The translations under genes and the position numbers were made by a program. The notes beneath the pieces were generated by a model. The model was not told the DNA's origin and made no database searches. It saw nothing but the letters and a program-made list of their open reading frames with translations. DNA of 63,572 bases, the filler included, from Saprolegnia diclina VS20 (lineage: Eukaryota), in NCBI RefSeq assembly GCF_000281045.1. It is 6 parts of 2 records of this genome, joined end to end, with 100 filler letters (N's around TTAATTAATTAA, not from the genome) between each part and the next. Parts side by side here need not be neighbours in the genome. Positions count along the whole stretch, not along the records: positions 41,006 to 51,380 come from NW_008246091.1; positions 51,481 to 59,846 come from NW_008246091.1; 4 more parts are not named here. The stretch is one strand, 5' to 3'. How positions within the stretch are numbered: position 1 is the stretch's first letter; every line of letters starts with the position of its first letter. Of the stretch, positions 45,873-58,127 are shown in pieces.

Positions 45873-46817
45873 TTGCCTTTTTTCGAAATTGCCAGCCCAA
45901 GTTCAACGAGTTTTTCGAATGGCGTTTTATAGGTTAAACACGTGAAAAACAAGTGAGAAAACGTTTGACACTAGAAAACCACTCTATATTCACGTATTTA
46001 ACACGGTAGATTGCGTGCATTGGATAAAACGTTGTGGTTGAACTTGCATAGATCCGAGTTAAAACGAGTTTAGACAGCGCGGCCGTCCGGATAACATTTC
46101 CAAGAGGACAATGTTCTACGTTCTAGTTAAAGACTACGGAATCGTTGATACCAAGGGTCGCCTTCTCGTTCTGACGATTCTAATTTTCAGCTTCTGCAAA
46201 CCACTCGTCACACCTATGGAGTGGACGCCCGAGAGCTCAGTGGCAAGGCAAGCTCTGCGGCTTTTCCCAACGCGCAAAAAGCAGCTCCATGTCGTTGTAT
46301 CCAGTCGTCGTATGCCGACCAGATGGAAGACGCGGTGTGACTACCACATCTGGTCTGGTATGCGTCACCTAACCCGTGGACGCTGCGGTCCGTTATGTAG
46401 TGGTATGTTGCTGCCGTAGCGTCAGCAAGGCGTACCCGTCGCAAACGCGAGGCGTATGGATGGCACAAGCTGGCATGAGGTGGTCACGAAGCCAAGCGTC
46501 GTGCACAGGGGTGATCAAGGTGGAAGAGACACACCACTCAAGTATTCAGGAGCAAATGTTAAAGATGTAGCTTGGTCAAAAACGTGGCCGCTTCGTCGTC
46601 ACAACGGGACAAAAGATTCGGTCATACTGTCTACTGTCCTCGGTGCGAGTCATATTGATTCGTCGAGCTGTAGGGATGCCACGTATTCTGGTCGCTGCAC
46701 TTTCTACTCGTCGCGCGACAGGCTGACGGCCTTGCTAAAGACAGCTTCTTCACAAATCGACCACTTCAGCTCTTGGAATCTGCTCATTTGATATTTTCTT
46801 CTCCCCGTGACAGTCGT

Positions 46818-47381
46818 ATGGGTCTCCACGTCTCGGTCATGATCGCTCTCGCCGCCGTAGCGCTGGGCGACCCGCTTCCAAGCAAGAACGTCACGCTCTC
46901 GTCTGCCAACACCACGGAGGCAGCGACGCGTCAGAACCAGTTTCCGACGCGGCAGTGGGGCATTCAGCGCGGCACCCTCTTTTGGACAGGCTGGATGAAC
47001 CTCTGGACGCCGCAAGACCAGTGGACGACCATAAGTGGGTCGGCCGTCACAACCAAGTGCCGCGACTGTGACGGCTCGAAAGCGTGGGAAGTGTACCAGT
47101 CACCCGAGTCCAACAAGGTCGACATGCTCCGGAACGTTCACACCGACTTGTGTCTTGACGCGTACTGGAGCAACGACGCCGGCAACCCGGTTGTACACGG
47201 GTATCCCTGCAACCTCCAGAACGGCAACCAGCACTGGGACTTTGATTTGAGCGCCGAGTACGGCTGGATCCGGCACCGCCGTTACCAAGAGTGGATTTTG
47301 TATGGCTATGACGGGGACATGATCCACATCAAGGACGCCCGCGTTGGCGACGAAGATGCGCAGTTTGTGTTTGTCCCCTAA
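46818..47381 (+). CDS. Secreted ricin-B lectin-like protein 3 (divergent paralog)
   Basis: Signal peptide MGLHVSVMIALAAVALG; DMLRNVHTDLCLDAYW...VVHGYPCNLQNGNQHW. Confidence 0.8.
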   Translation: MGLHVSVMIALAAVALGDPLPSKNVTLSSANTTEAATRQNQFPTRQWGIQRGTLFWTGWMNLWTPQDQWTTISGSAVTTKCRDCDGSKAWEVYQSPESNKVDMLRNVHTDLCLDAYWSNDAGNPVVHGYPCNLQNGNQHWDFDLSAEYGWIRHRRYQEWILYGYDGDMIHIKDARVGDEDAQFVFVP

Positions 47382-48005
47382 ACACACAATATGATACGTG
47401 ATGTTGCATGGGCGCTTGGTCGAATGTCCTTACAAGAATTGACTCTACAGATGATCAAGCGAGAGCGAGGTACTTCTGGACCATGCCATTTTAGTTGGCC
47501 AATACTGATACATTGATACACTGATACTAAGTTTAGTATCAGTTCCCACCAATTTCAATGGCGCATAGCACACGCTGTACGCGTGCTACGAGCACCATTT
47601 TTGGGTATTTGAGCTCCCTATAACTTTTTCTATGCATATCGAATGAAAGTAGAGACTTCGTTCCAAACTCCAAATGTCGATCTGCATCGCCCATTTGGCA
47701 GCGCGCCAGGCCAGTTGTCCGGATAACAATGTCCGGATAAACAATGCCTTTGAGAGGAATGAGCGCTGATGATGGTCGACTCGTTTAACGCTGTTTTGCC
47801 GTCGGTCAAACAGACACGTTTAATTGTCGAAGCGTGTAAAACGTGGGTACCGTGTTTTAGGTGGCCAAAGCGACTGCGTTGTCACCGGTGGCGATGTTTT
47901 ACACATTACGCACACATGTGTGAATTGGAAAAACGTGTCGGAAGCAGCGTTGCACCTATTTAACGTCACGTTGAACGAGCCGTTGGCACTTTGACGGTTG
48001 CCGCC

Positions 48006-48413
48006 ATGGAGGCCAAGGTCGAGACGACCGAGCTCCGCAGCGCAGCGCGCGGGACCAAGCGGGCGCGGACTGACGCGCACGTGATCGCTTCGTCCAACGT
48101 GGGCTACCGCCTCCTCGAGACCATGGGCTGGAAGGCCGGCGAGGGCCTTGGCCCGGAGAAGCAAGGCCGCACCGAGCCGGTCGCGACGTGCTGGAAGCGC
48201 GACCGCGCTGGCCTCGGCGCCGCGCCGCTCACGTACCGCGTGACCCACATCGAGAAGCCACCGCAGCCGATCGCACAGCAGCCAAAGCGGACGCCGGCCG
48301 AGAAGCGACAGCGCAAGGCGGCCAAGGCCCAGGCAGCGCAGAAGGAGCGCATGTACGCGCAGGAGCTCTACTCGGACGACATTCCCGAAGAGTACATGGC
48401 GCTCTTCCGATGA
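48006..48413 (+). CDS. Small G-patch domain protein
   Basis: SNVGYRLLETMGWKAGEGLGPEKQGRTEPV...RAGLG is a G-patch. Confidence 0.9.
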   Translation: MEAKVETTELRSAARGTKRARTDAHVIASSNVGYRLLETMGWKAGEGLGPEKQGRTEPVATCWKRDRAGLGAAPLTYRVTHIEKPPQPIAQQPKRTPAEKRQRKAAKAQAAQKERMYAQELYSDDIPEEYMALFR

Positions 48414-48795
48414 GCCTCCCAACAACAGATTGCGTACGTCGACGGCGCCCATGACTCTACTCCCAACATGATGACTTCATTGGTAGTTGCTTCATTCGCA
48501 GCCTTCGGCTGCCCGGCGCTTGGTCGCGTCGAGCAAAGCACTGGATCGTCGCGCGCCGCCATCACCGCCTATACGACTGCAGTGCATAGAGGTCGATCCA
48601 CCGTTCTGCGCTCACCAAGAAGGCGGCTCCGTGTCCTCTCGATCCCACGTGTCGGAACGAGCCTCCCTCGTGAAGCCAGCATTTGGTCGCATGGACAGGA
48701 TCTTCCATGATGCGTCATCCCAAACCTCTTTCGCCATGGACAGGTATATATACATATGCACTTGATAGACAATTATGTACATAAACCGAGTCGAA

Positions 48796-51380
48796 CTAGA
48801 CATCGTTGATCAGAGGAACGGCCGCGGCGAACGCAGGGCTAATCGGGTGCATCGTGTCGACAGGGATCATGAAGATGCGCCAGCTCTTGACGTCGAGGAC
48901 CACGAGCCGCTTGGCATCGAGTCGCCACGTCAGCAGCCCGTCGAGAACAGCAGACGCACGGTCCACATAGTAGACATCGCCGTCCATCCAGGGCCCCGGC
49001 ACAAACAGAAACTTTGCACCCGACGACATGAAGAGCGACGTGACGGGGTTCGACGGCGCGACTCGGATACAGAGCCGGGCGGTGGCGAACGAGAGGACCT
49101 GCGAGAGGAGCACGGCCGACGCCAAGAGAAGCATACGCTGGGAGCTACCAATGGCAATGTCGCCGGCGGTACACACAGCGTACAAGTCGACTTGCTCGAG
49201 GCGGCAGTGCAAGTCGATGGTCGTGGCCGGTGTCACGGGCGATGCGACCGTGACGGCCGACGCAAAGACCCAGACGACAAAGCCGTTGGGGGTGACATAG
49301 TACGACGCATAGTCGCCGGTGAACACGAGAAAGATGTCGTTGACGATCGTAATCAGCCACGTGACTTCATTCGCTGCCAAAAATGTCTTGTACCACGGAT
49401 CTTGGACGGTCGCAAAGTAGCTCAAATAGCCCGAATTCTGCAGCTGCAGTGTGGCGGTCGAGAGCACACAGATGGCCGTCATGCTTCGGAGCAGCAAGAA
49501 GGGCCGACCGACCCAGACAATGCCGCCAACCCGGCCGAGCTCGAGCATGTTGAGGCCCTCAAACTGCCCCCGACCTGCCATGATGTAGACGAACGCGAGA
49601 CCGGCGACAGCGATCATGACGCCGGTGACGTAGAGGACACCCGCGCGAAGGTACTGGGCAATGTTGGCGGGGACCTCCCACGCCTGGGTCGCTTGGGAGA
49701 GCGGCGTCGAAAGATCGCTCATGAGCGACAACCCGCCGTCGTCGCCTTGAAACGAAATGACTTCGCGGATGCCAAAGACCCAGTCGTAGAAGAAGAGCCA
49801 CGCGAAAAACTTGAAGCTTCGTTCGCGGTCGTCGAGCAGGTTGAGCACACGAAGGGTGAGCGGCAACGACGTGTTTGTACTTGTCCGGGCGTAAATCATG
49901 GCGGATATATTCATCCCTGCGATTCGCTGGTGCATGTTGGCCACATCAATTGCCATTGATGACGGTAGCTGCATGTACTGCTGAATGTAGCCGAGCGTGC
50001 GCGGCAAGTAGACTGCGCACTGCGCCGTGAACGATGGGTCGAGCGCGCAGATCGCCGTCATGTTGTCGGTCATCTGAAGCCCCGCGAGAATCGCAGATAG
50101 AATGTACTGCTGCCGGGTGGGTTGCACCTTGACGGTGCCCGTGGATGTCAAGCAAATGCCGTCGTACGACACGAGCGTGCCGAGACCCGCGGTCGTTAGC
50201 GCACCGCCCGACAAGGCTTCGGGGCACAGCGGTGAGCCGCCAAACGTAACCAAACGCGACGTGAGCCACAACGAGGGTACTGGCCGCGAGAGGTCGAGGG
50301 GGGTAATGTTGAAGTACGCGCCTTGGGCGGCGAGGTTGCCGGCGAGGGACGTCCGCGTCGCATCCAGCAGATACGACATGAGCTGCTGCAAAGCGACCGG
50401 CGGGGGCACATACACCATGTCGATCGAGCCGTAGGGACCAAAGAGCGCCGTTGTAAGCTGAAAGCCGCGGGTCAAGGGCGATGCCAGCGTGCCGTTGAGG
50501 ACGTAGACGCTGGAAAGAGACGTGTTGGCATACGCATAGGTGGCACTGGACCGTAGTAGACTGCGACCACCAATACCGGATGTGTTGGAGGCGACCGCCG
50601 AGAGATCGTTGGCCAGCGACCAGTACATTTTGTATGTTGTCTGACTACCGCGACGGTAGGTGCCGTCTTGGGANNNNNNNNNNNNNNNNNNNNNNNNNNN
50701 NNNNNNNNNNNNNNNNNNNNNNNNNNNNNNNNNNNNNNNNNNNNNNNNNNNNNNNNNNNNNNNNNNNNNNNNNGTCTTCCTTGTAGCTAGTGAACGCGCC
50801 ATTTGAAGCTCTCTGGACTATGCGTTAAAGGTTACCAGTACACTTTAGTGATCAGCGCCAACTAGAAGAACGTCAAGTGATTGACGGCATCTTTAATCCT
50901 GGTAGGACCGTTTACGTGGTGTACCAGCATCCCAGGGGATTAATTCGTATTTTCTGGCCAACCCATTGGCTATAATACAAGCCATTTTGGCCAATGAAAC
51001 GCAGTTTCATTAGTCTAAGCCAATCGCATCGCGCGAAACCTGTCCAGTAAAGTGCGATTTTATAGTCCCTGTTAAGTGCTGTCACATCATGGGCGGAGCC
51101 ATATACATTCGTGATCGAGTAGCTGTTGCGAAGGCCGAGCTTCTTGTAGTTTTGCCACTGCGTCTGGTACGTTGTGAGACCAAACGACCGCCAGTAGACA
51201 GCTTCGTCACTCGTACTCAACGCAGGCGCTGTACTGGAGACCATTGCCAGCCAGTTGCGACCTTCGGACGACATTTGGAGCTCGGCGATGCCAATGTCAA
51301 AGCCATTGCCCCAGCAGCTGTAGAAGGCTCCGAAATCAATGTTGCGAAGCACTGTCTCCAAGTACACGGCGCCGTTGGTC
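48796..51380 (-). CDS. Large multipass membrane protein of an oomycete-expanded family; partial, interrupted by a gap and ~300 bp of unrelated sequence
   Basis: Motifs YLETVLRN, YQTQWQNYK, QTTYKMYW, GPYGSIDM, WVFGIREVISFQGD, VWVGRPFLLLRSMTAICVLSTA, DRASAVLDG, LDVKSWR; family assignment from recall. Confidence 0.65.
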
Positions 51381-51853
51381 NNNNNNNNNNNNNNNNNNNN
51401 NNNNNNNNNNNNNNNNNNNNNNNNTTAATTAATTAANNNNNNNNNNNNNNNNNNNNNNNNNNNNNNNNNNNNNNNNNNNNTCTTATGAGCGCCACAAGAT
51501 GAGCTTTTCGCTGTGGAAGGCAATGTGCTTGTTGCTTCGACCCAAGAGAAATACGAACAAGTATAGGAACCTTAGTGTAGTAATGCCACGGAAAGCTGGT
51601 GTTTCAGCAAGCTCGTCGCCCTTGAGCTCGACGCATCAAGTGCAGCAACTCTCAGATCCTTTTCACCCGCCACCATCACTCGTGATCGTGTGGACCAACA
51701 CAAAAACATTGTCGCGTGATTGTTGGCCTATGGCGCACGGCCAATCACAGCGCAGCAAAACAAAATGGTCAACGAATCCAGTGCAATATTTGACATCGAA
51801 TTGTTTCCCTTGTGCAAAGCAACGCATAGCTAGCATTTTGCAACTTGTCGTCG

Positions 51854-53260
51854 ATGGAGGAAAATACGCTCTTGCACCTCGTTTCGTTCGTTGCAACACG
51901 AGCCGAGGTTTTATCGCTGCTCATGGCCATCCCGTCATCAATGCTCTCACCACCGCTCATGGCGCTACTTGGCCTCTTGCAAGGCCCACTGAGTGACGAA
52001 AATCGCAACCAGTGGCCGCGACCTTGCTTCGAGTCGTTGGGTCCGTGGTATCTGCCGCACCTGCTAACCGCCATCCCCGCCTTCGACACGGTGTGCATCG
52101 AGCATCCCTTTGGCTTTGAGAGCCTCTGTGAGAACGCAAGTGTTCCCGGCTACACCAACAAACGCGCGTTTTTGAGTTTTCTCGTGAAATGGCCGACCAA
52201 GCTCGGCACGCTCACTATCACTCGGCAGCCGACACCCACCGATGATGACGAGCTCGTCCGGCTCTTGCATACCTGCACGCGGCTCGACGATGTCCGCCTT
52301 GACGTGACGTGGCCGCGTGCCGGTGAGGTCCTCGCACTTCTGGTGTCGCCACGGTTCTGTGTACGTCGCTTGGTGATCGAAGAGATGGAGTGGGACCACG
52401 GCAACACCGTCCTCGATCTCACGACAGCACTGACGCCGTGGCTGCGCTCTGGTCATGCCACGTCATTGGTGTTTGACTACATCACGAGTAGCTTGGTCGA
52501 AGGGCTTCCAGCCGCACTGGCATTGGCTCCATCGCTCACACGCCTCGAAATCATCGACTCGGACAAGGTCATCGACGTCTTGCTCACCTCGCAAACACGG
52601 CTCTCGAGCGTCACGCAGCTCAAGGTCCGAGTCAACGGCAACACCACCAGCAACGAACTGCGTCTCGTCAAGCTACTGCCGATGGACAAGGTGACGGTCC
52701 TCGATTTCTTTGGTCATTAAATGTCCAACGGCATCGTGCGGGATGTCAGCTCGTTCCTTGCGATGCTACCGCGGCTCCCGGCGCTGCAAGAGCTCTCTCT
52801 CAAGGGGTACTATTTGCGTAATGTCTCGACAACGCTGCGCGGATGCCCCGCGCTGCGCTCAGGCGCTCTGTGCTATGTCAAGATGGGCAACATCATGACC
52901 CACATCTCGTTCTTGGACTTTATGGCGCGCTGCCCGAGTCTCGAGCACATTTGGTTGAGACTTTGTGACATGAATTAGATGACGCAAGCCCACGTTGGTG
53001 ACGCGCTCGCTAGATGCTTTCGCCAAGCGACGTCACTGCGCAAAGTGACGTTTCAGGGCTCTGACGTGGACGTAGCGTGTGCGTTGGTGCTGGCAGAAGC
53101 CCTCGCCGGCTCGAATCCAATGCTATCAATGGTCTTGGAAGACTACGAAGCACTGAACCAAGCAAGATTGGCACAGCTCGCAGAAGCTGTGAGTGCGGGT
53201 GGCAACGTTGAGCTTCGCTACAACGACTGCGCTGCGCACCTCGACGACGGCAACTACTAG
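51854..53260 (+). pseudogene. RNI-like leucine-rich-repeat protein with two in-frame stops
   Basis: ORFs 51854-52720, 52721-52978 and 52979-53260 share one frame; LxxLxL repeats (SLTRLEI, ALQELSL, SLEHIWL, SLRKVTF) run through all three. Confidence 0.7.
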
Positions 53261-53996
53261 CGGTTGGGCATGGACGCCGTCGCCGAAATGTATCGTGTCA
53301 ACGTGTCAGTCACAACGCCTTGGTTTGGCACCGTCTTCCGCATGGCATCCATCAACACTTGAATTACCTTATACCATTGGAGTCGATATACCAAGGACGT
53401 GGAGATACGTGGACGCGGACGTCTAAAACACAATACATATACATATATAATGTACGTGTAACAGTTGCTGTCGACGACAGCTGGAGACTGACAATGCGAA
53501 CCAACGCCCTTTGTTGCACTACCCTAACCCGTGTCGTCAAAAACGAGTGTACACCTAGCATGTTGACCGCTACTGTCCACAAGAGGGTGTTCTATGTTGC
53601 ATGTTGCATGTTCCCTACCCCTCCCCTACCCCCACACTCAAACGCTTGAGCATGCGCATCATTAATCAACAACGCGATGGGCCTTCTCGCCACCTGCAGA
53701 ACGTTAGTCTTACAGTGTACATGTCCTACGAACGACAGCAACATGTGTCTTACAAGGGCCTCTGAAAGCGAGTCCGCGTCGGCACTCGATGGCGGCGGAT
53801 CTCGAAGACAGTGCGACGACCGGATACTGTTTCGTTAAGAACAAAGTGTATATAAATGTCCTCGATACTATCGACACCAAAGTGCGATTCGCCCCACCAA
53901 AAATCGGTGGCTGGTATTGCGCTTCTCAAGGTAGCACAACAACATTCCATACGATGGGACCTTATGCGTTTATTGTCTGACTAGAGTCCGAGTGTT

Positions 53997-56981
53997 CTAG
54001 TGGGTCTTGACGTCGAGGACGGGGATCGGGGACCGACCGTTCGGCGCCATGTGCAGCATCGTGCGCTTGGGCACTTGAAGATGCAGCGCAACGTACGAGA
54101 CAAGGTTGAGGCCGACGATAAACGCAATGAGGCAGCACACGTCTTGCGTTTGGTTGTTGACATCTTGTCCGATCGTCTGCAAAAACACTTCGCCGTAAAT
54201 CGGAATCGCCGGGTACCCGGGCGCGTCAAAACTCAGCAAGAGACCCTTGAGCTCGTTCGTCATCATCACCTCGAATGCATACTTGAAGAGCGAGAGCCAC
54301 TGGATCAGTGCGACGCCGCTCGGCATCGTCTGCACGTTGAGCAAAAAGCCACCAAAGAGGAGCATGAGCAGCAGCACCACCGTCGCGACAAGATTCGCGA
54401 TACCCACCGTCTTGGAGACGGTACTCACGAGGAGACTGAGCGAGCCCGCGGCCACGTTGAAGAGCACCAATGTCGACGTAAACAACAAGAAGCGGTCGGC
54501 CGGCGGGTTGAGCCCCATAATGTAGTAAAAGACAGAAGCAAACAGCACGGCCGGCAGCATGCGCAGCGAGACCAAGTCGAGGAGCGTCTTGGACACAAAG
54601 TAGCTCCACGGCGCGTAGTACTGAGCGCTCGCTTCTTTGAAAAAGAGCGCTCGTTCTTGGATAAACACGTCCATGGAACTCAACGTCGCAAACCCAAAAA
54701 AGGTCAGCAAAAAGTAAAAGGCCCCCATGCGGTTCTGAAAACCCGCGAGATTGAGTTTGAGACCGGAAAAGATACCGCCGGCCACAAGCCCGAGCACGAT
54801 GCTCAAGACGACGTGGAAGATAAAGAGCGCGCGGTTGCGCCACAAGGTGCGCGCTGCCCGGACGAAAAGCACTTGGAGTTCGAGAAGACGGCTGCCACGG
54901 CCGAGCTCGGTCGACGACTCGACGTCGTCCATACCGGCTTGGAGCATCTCAAACGACGACGTATTGACAAATGAGACCGACAACGGGTCGTGCTGCGAAC
55001 GCCAAAGGACGTCGAGCGACTCAATGTGCTCCGGCTGCGTCACCACATCGAGGAGGTGGTCCGCGATCGTCTCGTCGGCCGGGCACGCAAAGTCGTGCTG
55101 CGCAAAGTAGTCGGCCGCCATCTTGGACGGACCATTGTACATAACCTTGCCTACACACAGCACTCTTGAGTATTCAAACTATGAAAGCTTCAAAACAAGA
55201 CACTAAGAAAATAAGAAAATAAGAAAATAAGAAAATACGAAAATACGAAAATAAGAAAATAAGAAAATAAGAAAATACGAAAATACGAAAATAAGAAAAT
55301 AAGAAAATAAGAAATAAGAAACTAGAAAATGAAGGCACAAAATGCAAGGAGATATACCACGAAGGTGTACCTTTGGCAAGCAGGAGCACCTTGTCGAGCT
55401 TGAAGAACGACTTGGTGCTCGGTTGGTGGATGCTCATAATGACCATGCGCCCATTCTTGGCGAGCGCTTGGAGCACGGAAATGAGGCTGTTGGCGGTCGC
55501 GCTATCGAGCCCGGACGTCGGTTCGTCCAAAAACAAAATCGACGGCGACGTCACAAGCTCCATGCCGATCGAGAGCCGTCGCCGCTCACCGCCCGAGATG
55601 CCACGGAGGCCCTGCGCGCTACCGATGCGAGCGTCGGCCACGTGCGAGAGGCGGAGTTCTTCGAGGACCTTGGTGACCATGAGCTGCTTGGACTGCAGCG
55701 AGTAGGTGCTCGGGAGCCGTAAAAACGCAGAGTACTCCATCGATTCGCGCACAGTCAGCGTCGGCAACAGCGTGTCTTCTTGGTGCACGTACGCCGCGAG
55801 GCGGCGGTAATTGGAGGGCAGCGGGAGGCCGTCCAGTGACATGTTGCCGGTGATGGTGGTCGTACCGTTGGCGACACCGGCGAGCGCATTGAGAAGCGTC
55901 GTCTACGGTGGGCTCCGTCTCGACTTCATACCGAATCATTATCCTACCTTGCCCGAGCCAGACGGGCCCATAAGACCGAGCACTTGGCCGCGATGGACGC
56001 TGCCCGACACTTGGTGGAGAATCGTGTGGGTGTTGGAGTCGCTGACGTCGGGCTGGCGCTGCCAGAACCGCTTGCGCGGTGCTGACGTGCAGGTGATGTC
56101 ACCAAACTCGAGCTTCTCGCCGCAAGCGGGCACCGAGATCGTGTTGAGAGGGGCGGTCGACAGCGGGTCCTCGAGCGACGACGGTTTGAGCAGCGATGAC
56201 CGGCGTACTTGAACTTGGTACGACGCATAAAAGATGCACGCGAGCACGATGATGGTGCCGGCGACGCCAAGAACCGTGATGAGCGCAATGAGGAGCGCAG
56301 TCGAGAAGGGCTCGGACGCCGCCGGCTTGTCAGCATCGGCGCTGCTACTTGTCGTGCCGCCATTGATGGCCGCGTAGACCGCCGCCGTCTCGCACGACGA
56401 CGCCGTGCACGTGCCGCCGAGCGGCAACGGCGAGCCCGTGATCGATACCGTGAGCGTGTTGCCGCTTGTCGTCACCTTGAGCGGCCTAGTCCAAGCATCG
56501 CAGTGGCATCCTCGCTATCTACCCGCAGAACGTACTTGTTGAGCATCGTTTGCTCAAAGAGGATCTTGGAAAAGTCGCTGCAGAGGTCCGTGCACTTGCA
56601 CACGAGGTTGCTACACGAGAAGGACGTGCCGGCAAAGATGCAACTGTCCATTGTGCAGTCGACCGCGTGCTGCCCGTCGACGCCGGTCGCATTCTTAAAG
56701 ACCGCCATCGTGCACGTGTTCTTGGACCCGGCGCTGCAAGCGAGCGCCATGGCGCCGTCGGTAAAGACCGCTTGGAGCGTCGCGCTCAAGATGCAGTCGT
56801 ACGTCTTTGTCTTCATCTCGGGCACGTACTCAAGCGACTGCACGCATTTGTCGCCCTTGGTGATGGCGCTGCAGGCCTTGTCGTTGGCGCACATGCCGCA
56901 GTTGTAGCCGAGGTGGCCGTCGGCGCAGGCGGCCATGGCGATCGCCGGCAGCGCCGCCGCCAGCAGCCAGAAGCGTCGCAT
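53997..56981 (-). CDS. ABCG half-transporter with a Cys-rich secreted N-terminal domain (ADP1-like architecture), 3 introns
   Basis: Signal peptide, Cys-rich ectodomain, TM, Walker A GPSGSGK|TT, ISGGERRR, LFLDEPTSGLD, SIHQP, ABC2 membrane domain (GFQNRMGAFYF, QERALFFKE). Confidence 0.92.
55204..55330 (+). repeat. Intronic 8-bp minisatellite TA(A/C)GAAAA, about 16 units
   Basis: Read directly; lies inside the last ABCG intron. Confidence 0.95.
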
Positions 56982-57465
56982 GCTGGTCGTCCGGATGATT
57001 TGAGTCTGCAATCGATGCGGCTATTTTGGTAGCATTTTAATACACATCTGCAACGTATACTAGCTGTTTGTATGTGGAATTAAACATACGGATTAAATGA
57101 GCAGAATGTACGCACCCCGCAGAGTGTGTGTAACAGGGGCGCGACGCCAATATCAAGTATGAGAGGTTTGCACTTGACACTTTCATACAAAAAGCAAGTG
57201 AATTTTGTTTTGATGGCCAGTGCTATCGAAAGGGAGAGGTATGATATTGTAGAGAGTGGGCTGGTCGCCAGATGGATCCCGACCGCAATTCGTTGGATCT
57301 CAGTTCAAATTGCCGGTTCAAGAATTAATTCCGTGGCGACGACCACACGACCTGTGCACCTGGACCGACAGATTCATCGGGGTATCCAGCTTGCAGCGTA
57401 GGACAGTCGAGAGAAGCGCTTCGTGGTCATGCACTGGACAGACCATGTTTGGTGACATGAGCTGC

Positions 57466-57504
57466 GGCAAGGGTCGAGTTGGCAAGGGTTGAGTTGGTAA
57501 GGGC
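57466..57504 (+). repeat. 15-bp tandem repeat, 2.6 copies (GGCAAGGGTYGAGTT)
   Basis: GGCAAGGGTCGAGTT GGCAAGGGTTGAGTT GGTAAGGGC. Confidence 0.8.
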
Positions 57505-58127
57505 ATGTCATCTATTTGTGCGATCACAACTTTGAAGAATTTTAGAAATTTGTCGCCGGATGACAAGTCTCCTTCCCAACTCCTGCCCGTTCAGTGACGA
57601 TGATGATGGGACGGAGAAACCTTTTGGCCGCGATGACATCTGAAGTCTTAGTACAGTGTACTAGTAGGGCCATCGGCACGAAATGCTGCTTCTGGGGTGG
57701 CATCTCGCGGTCTGGCGCGGCGTCGCCACGCCAGCGAAATGTGTAGAGAATAGAAACTGATTGTTGCAAATATGCTAGTAGTGTCGTGCCTGTGAATGCA
57801 AGCGATGGACGCGCATGCTGGTGTTGCGTCAGGTTGACTGCAGGCGACCTCGGCTGCAATCATTCTTGCGGTCATCGAGACCACGCCTTATCGTCTGTGC
57901 TCGGGTATAATTTATCACAGTTTTTTTACACTTGCCAATATATACGAGCTGGCATTTATCATTATGCATTGCTACAGTACATTCAATTGTGAAACTATAC
58001 AATCCTCAAGTCTATTGTTTGAAACACCTTGGGCAGAGGTATCGAAAATGAGAGGTTTCGTATCCGGTCGATCCGGAAACCTGCGTCAGTCAACAACAAC
58101 CCGCGGCAAGGACCGAAGGATCGGCCG

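Noticed and set aside
55174..55340. Phe-rich repeated peptide (FLIFLFSY) in the ORF track
   Set aside because: Translation of the intronic minisatellite.
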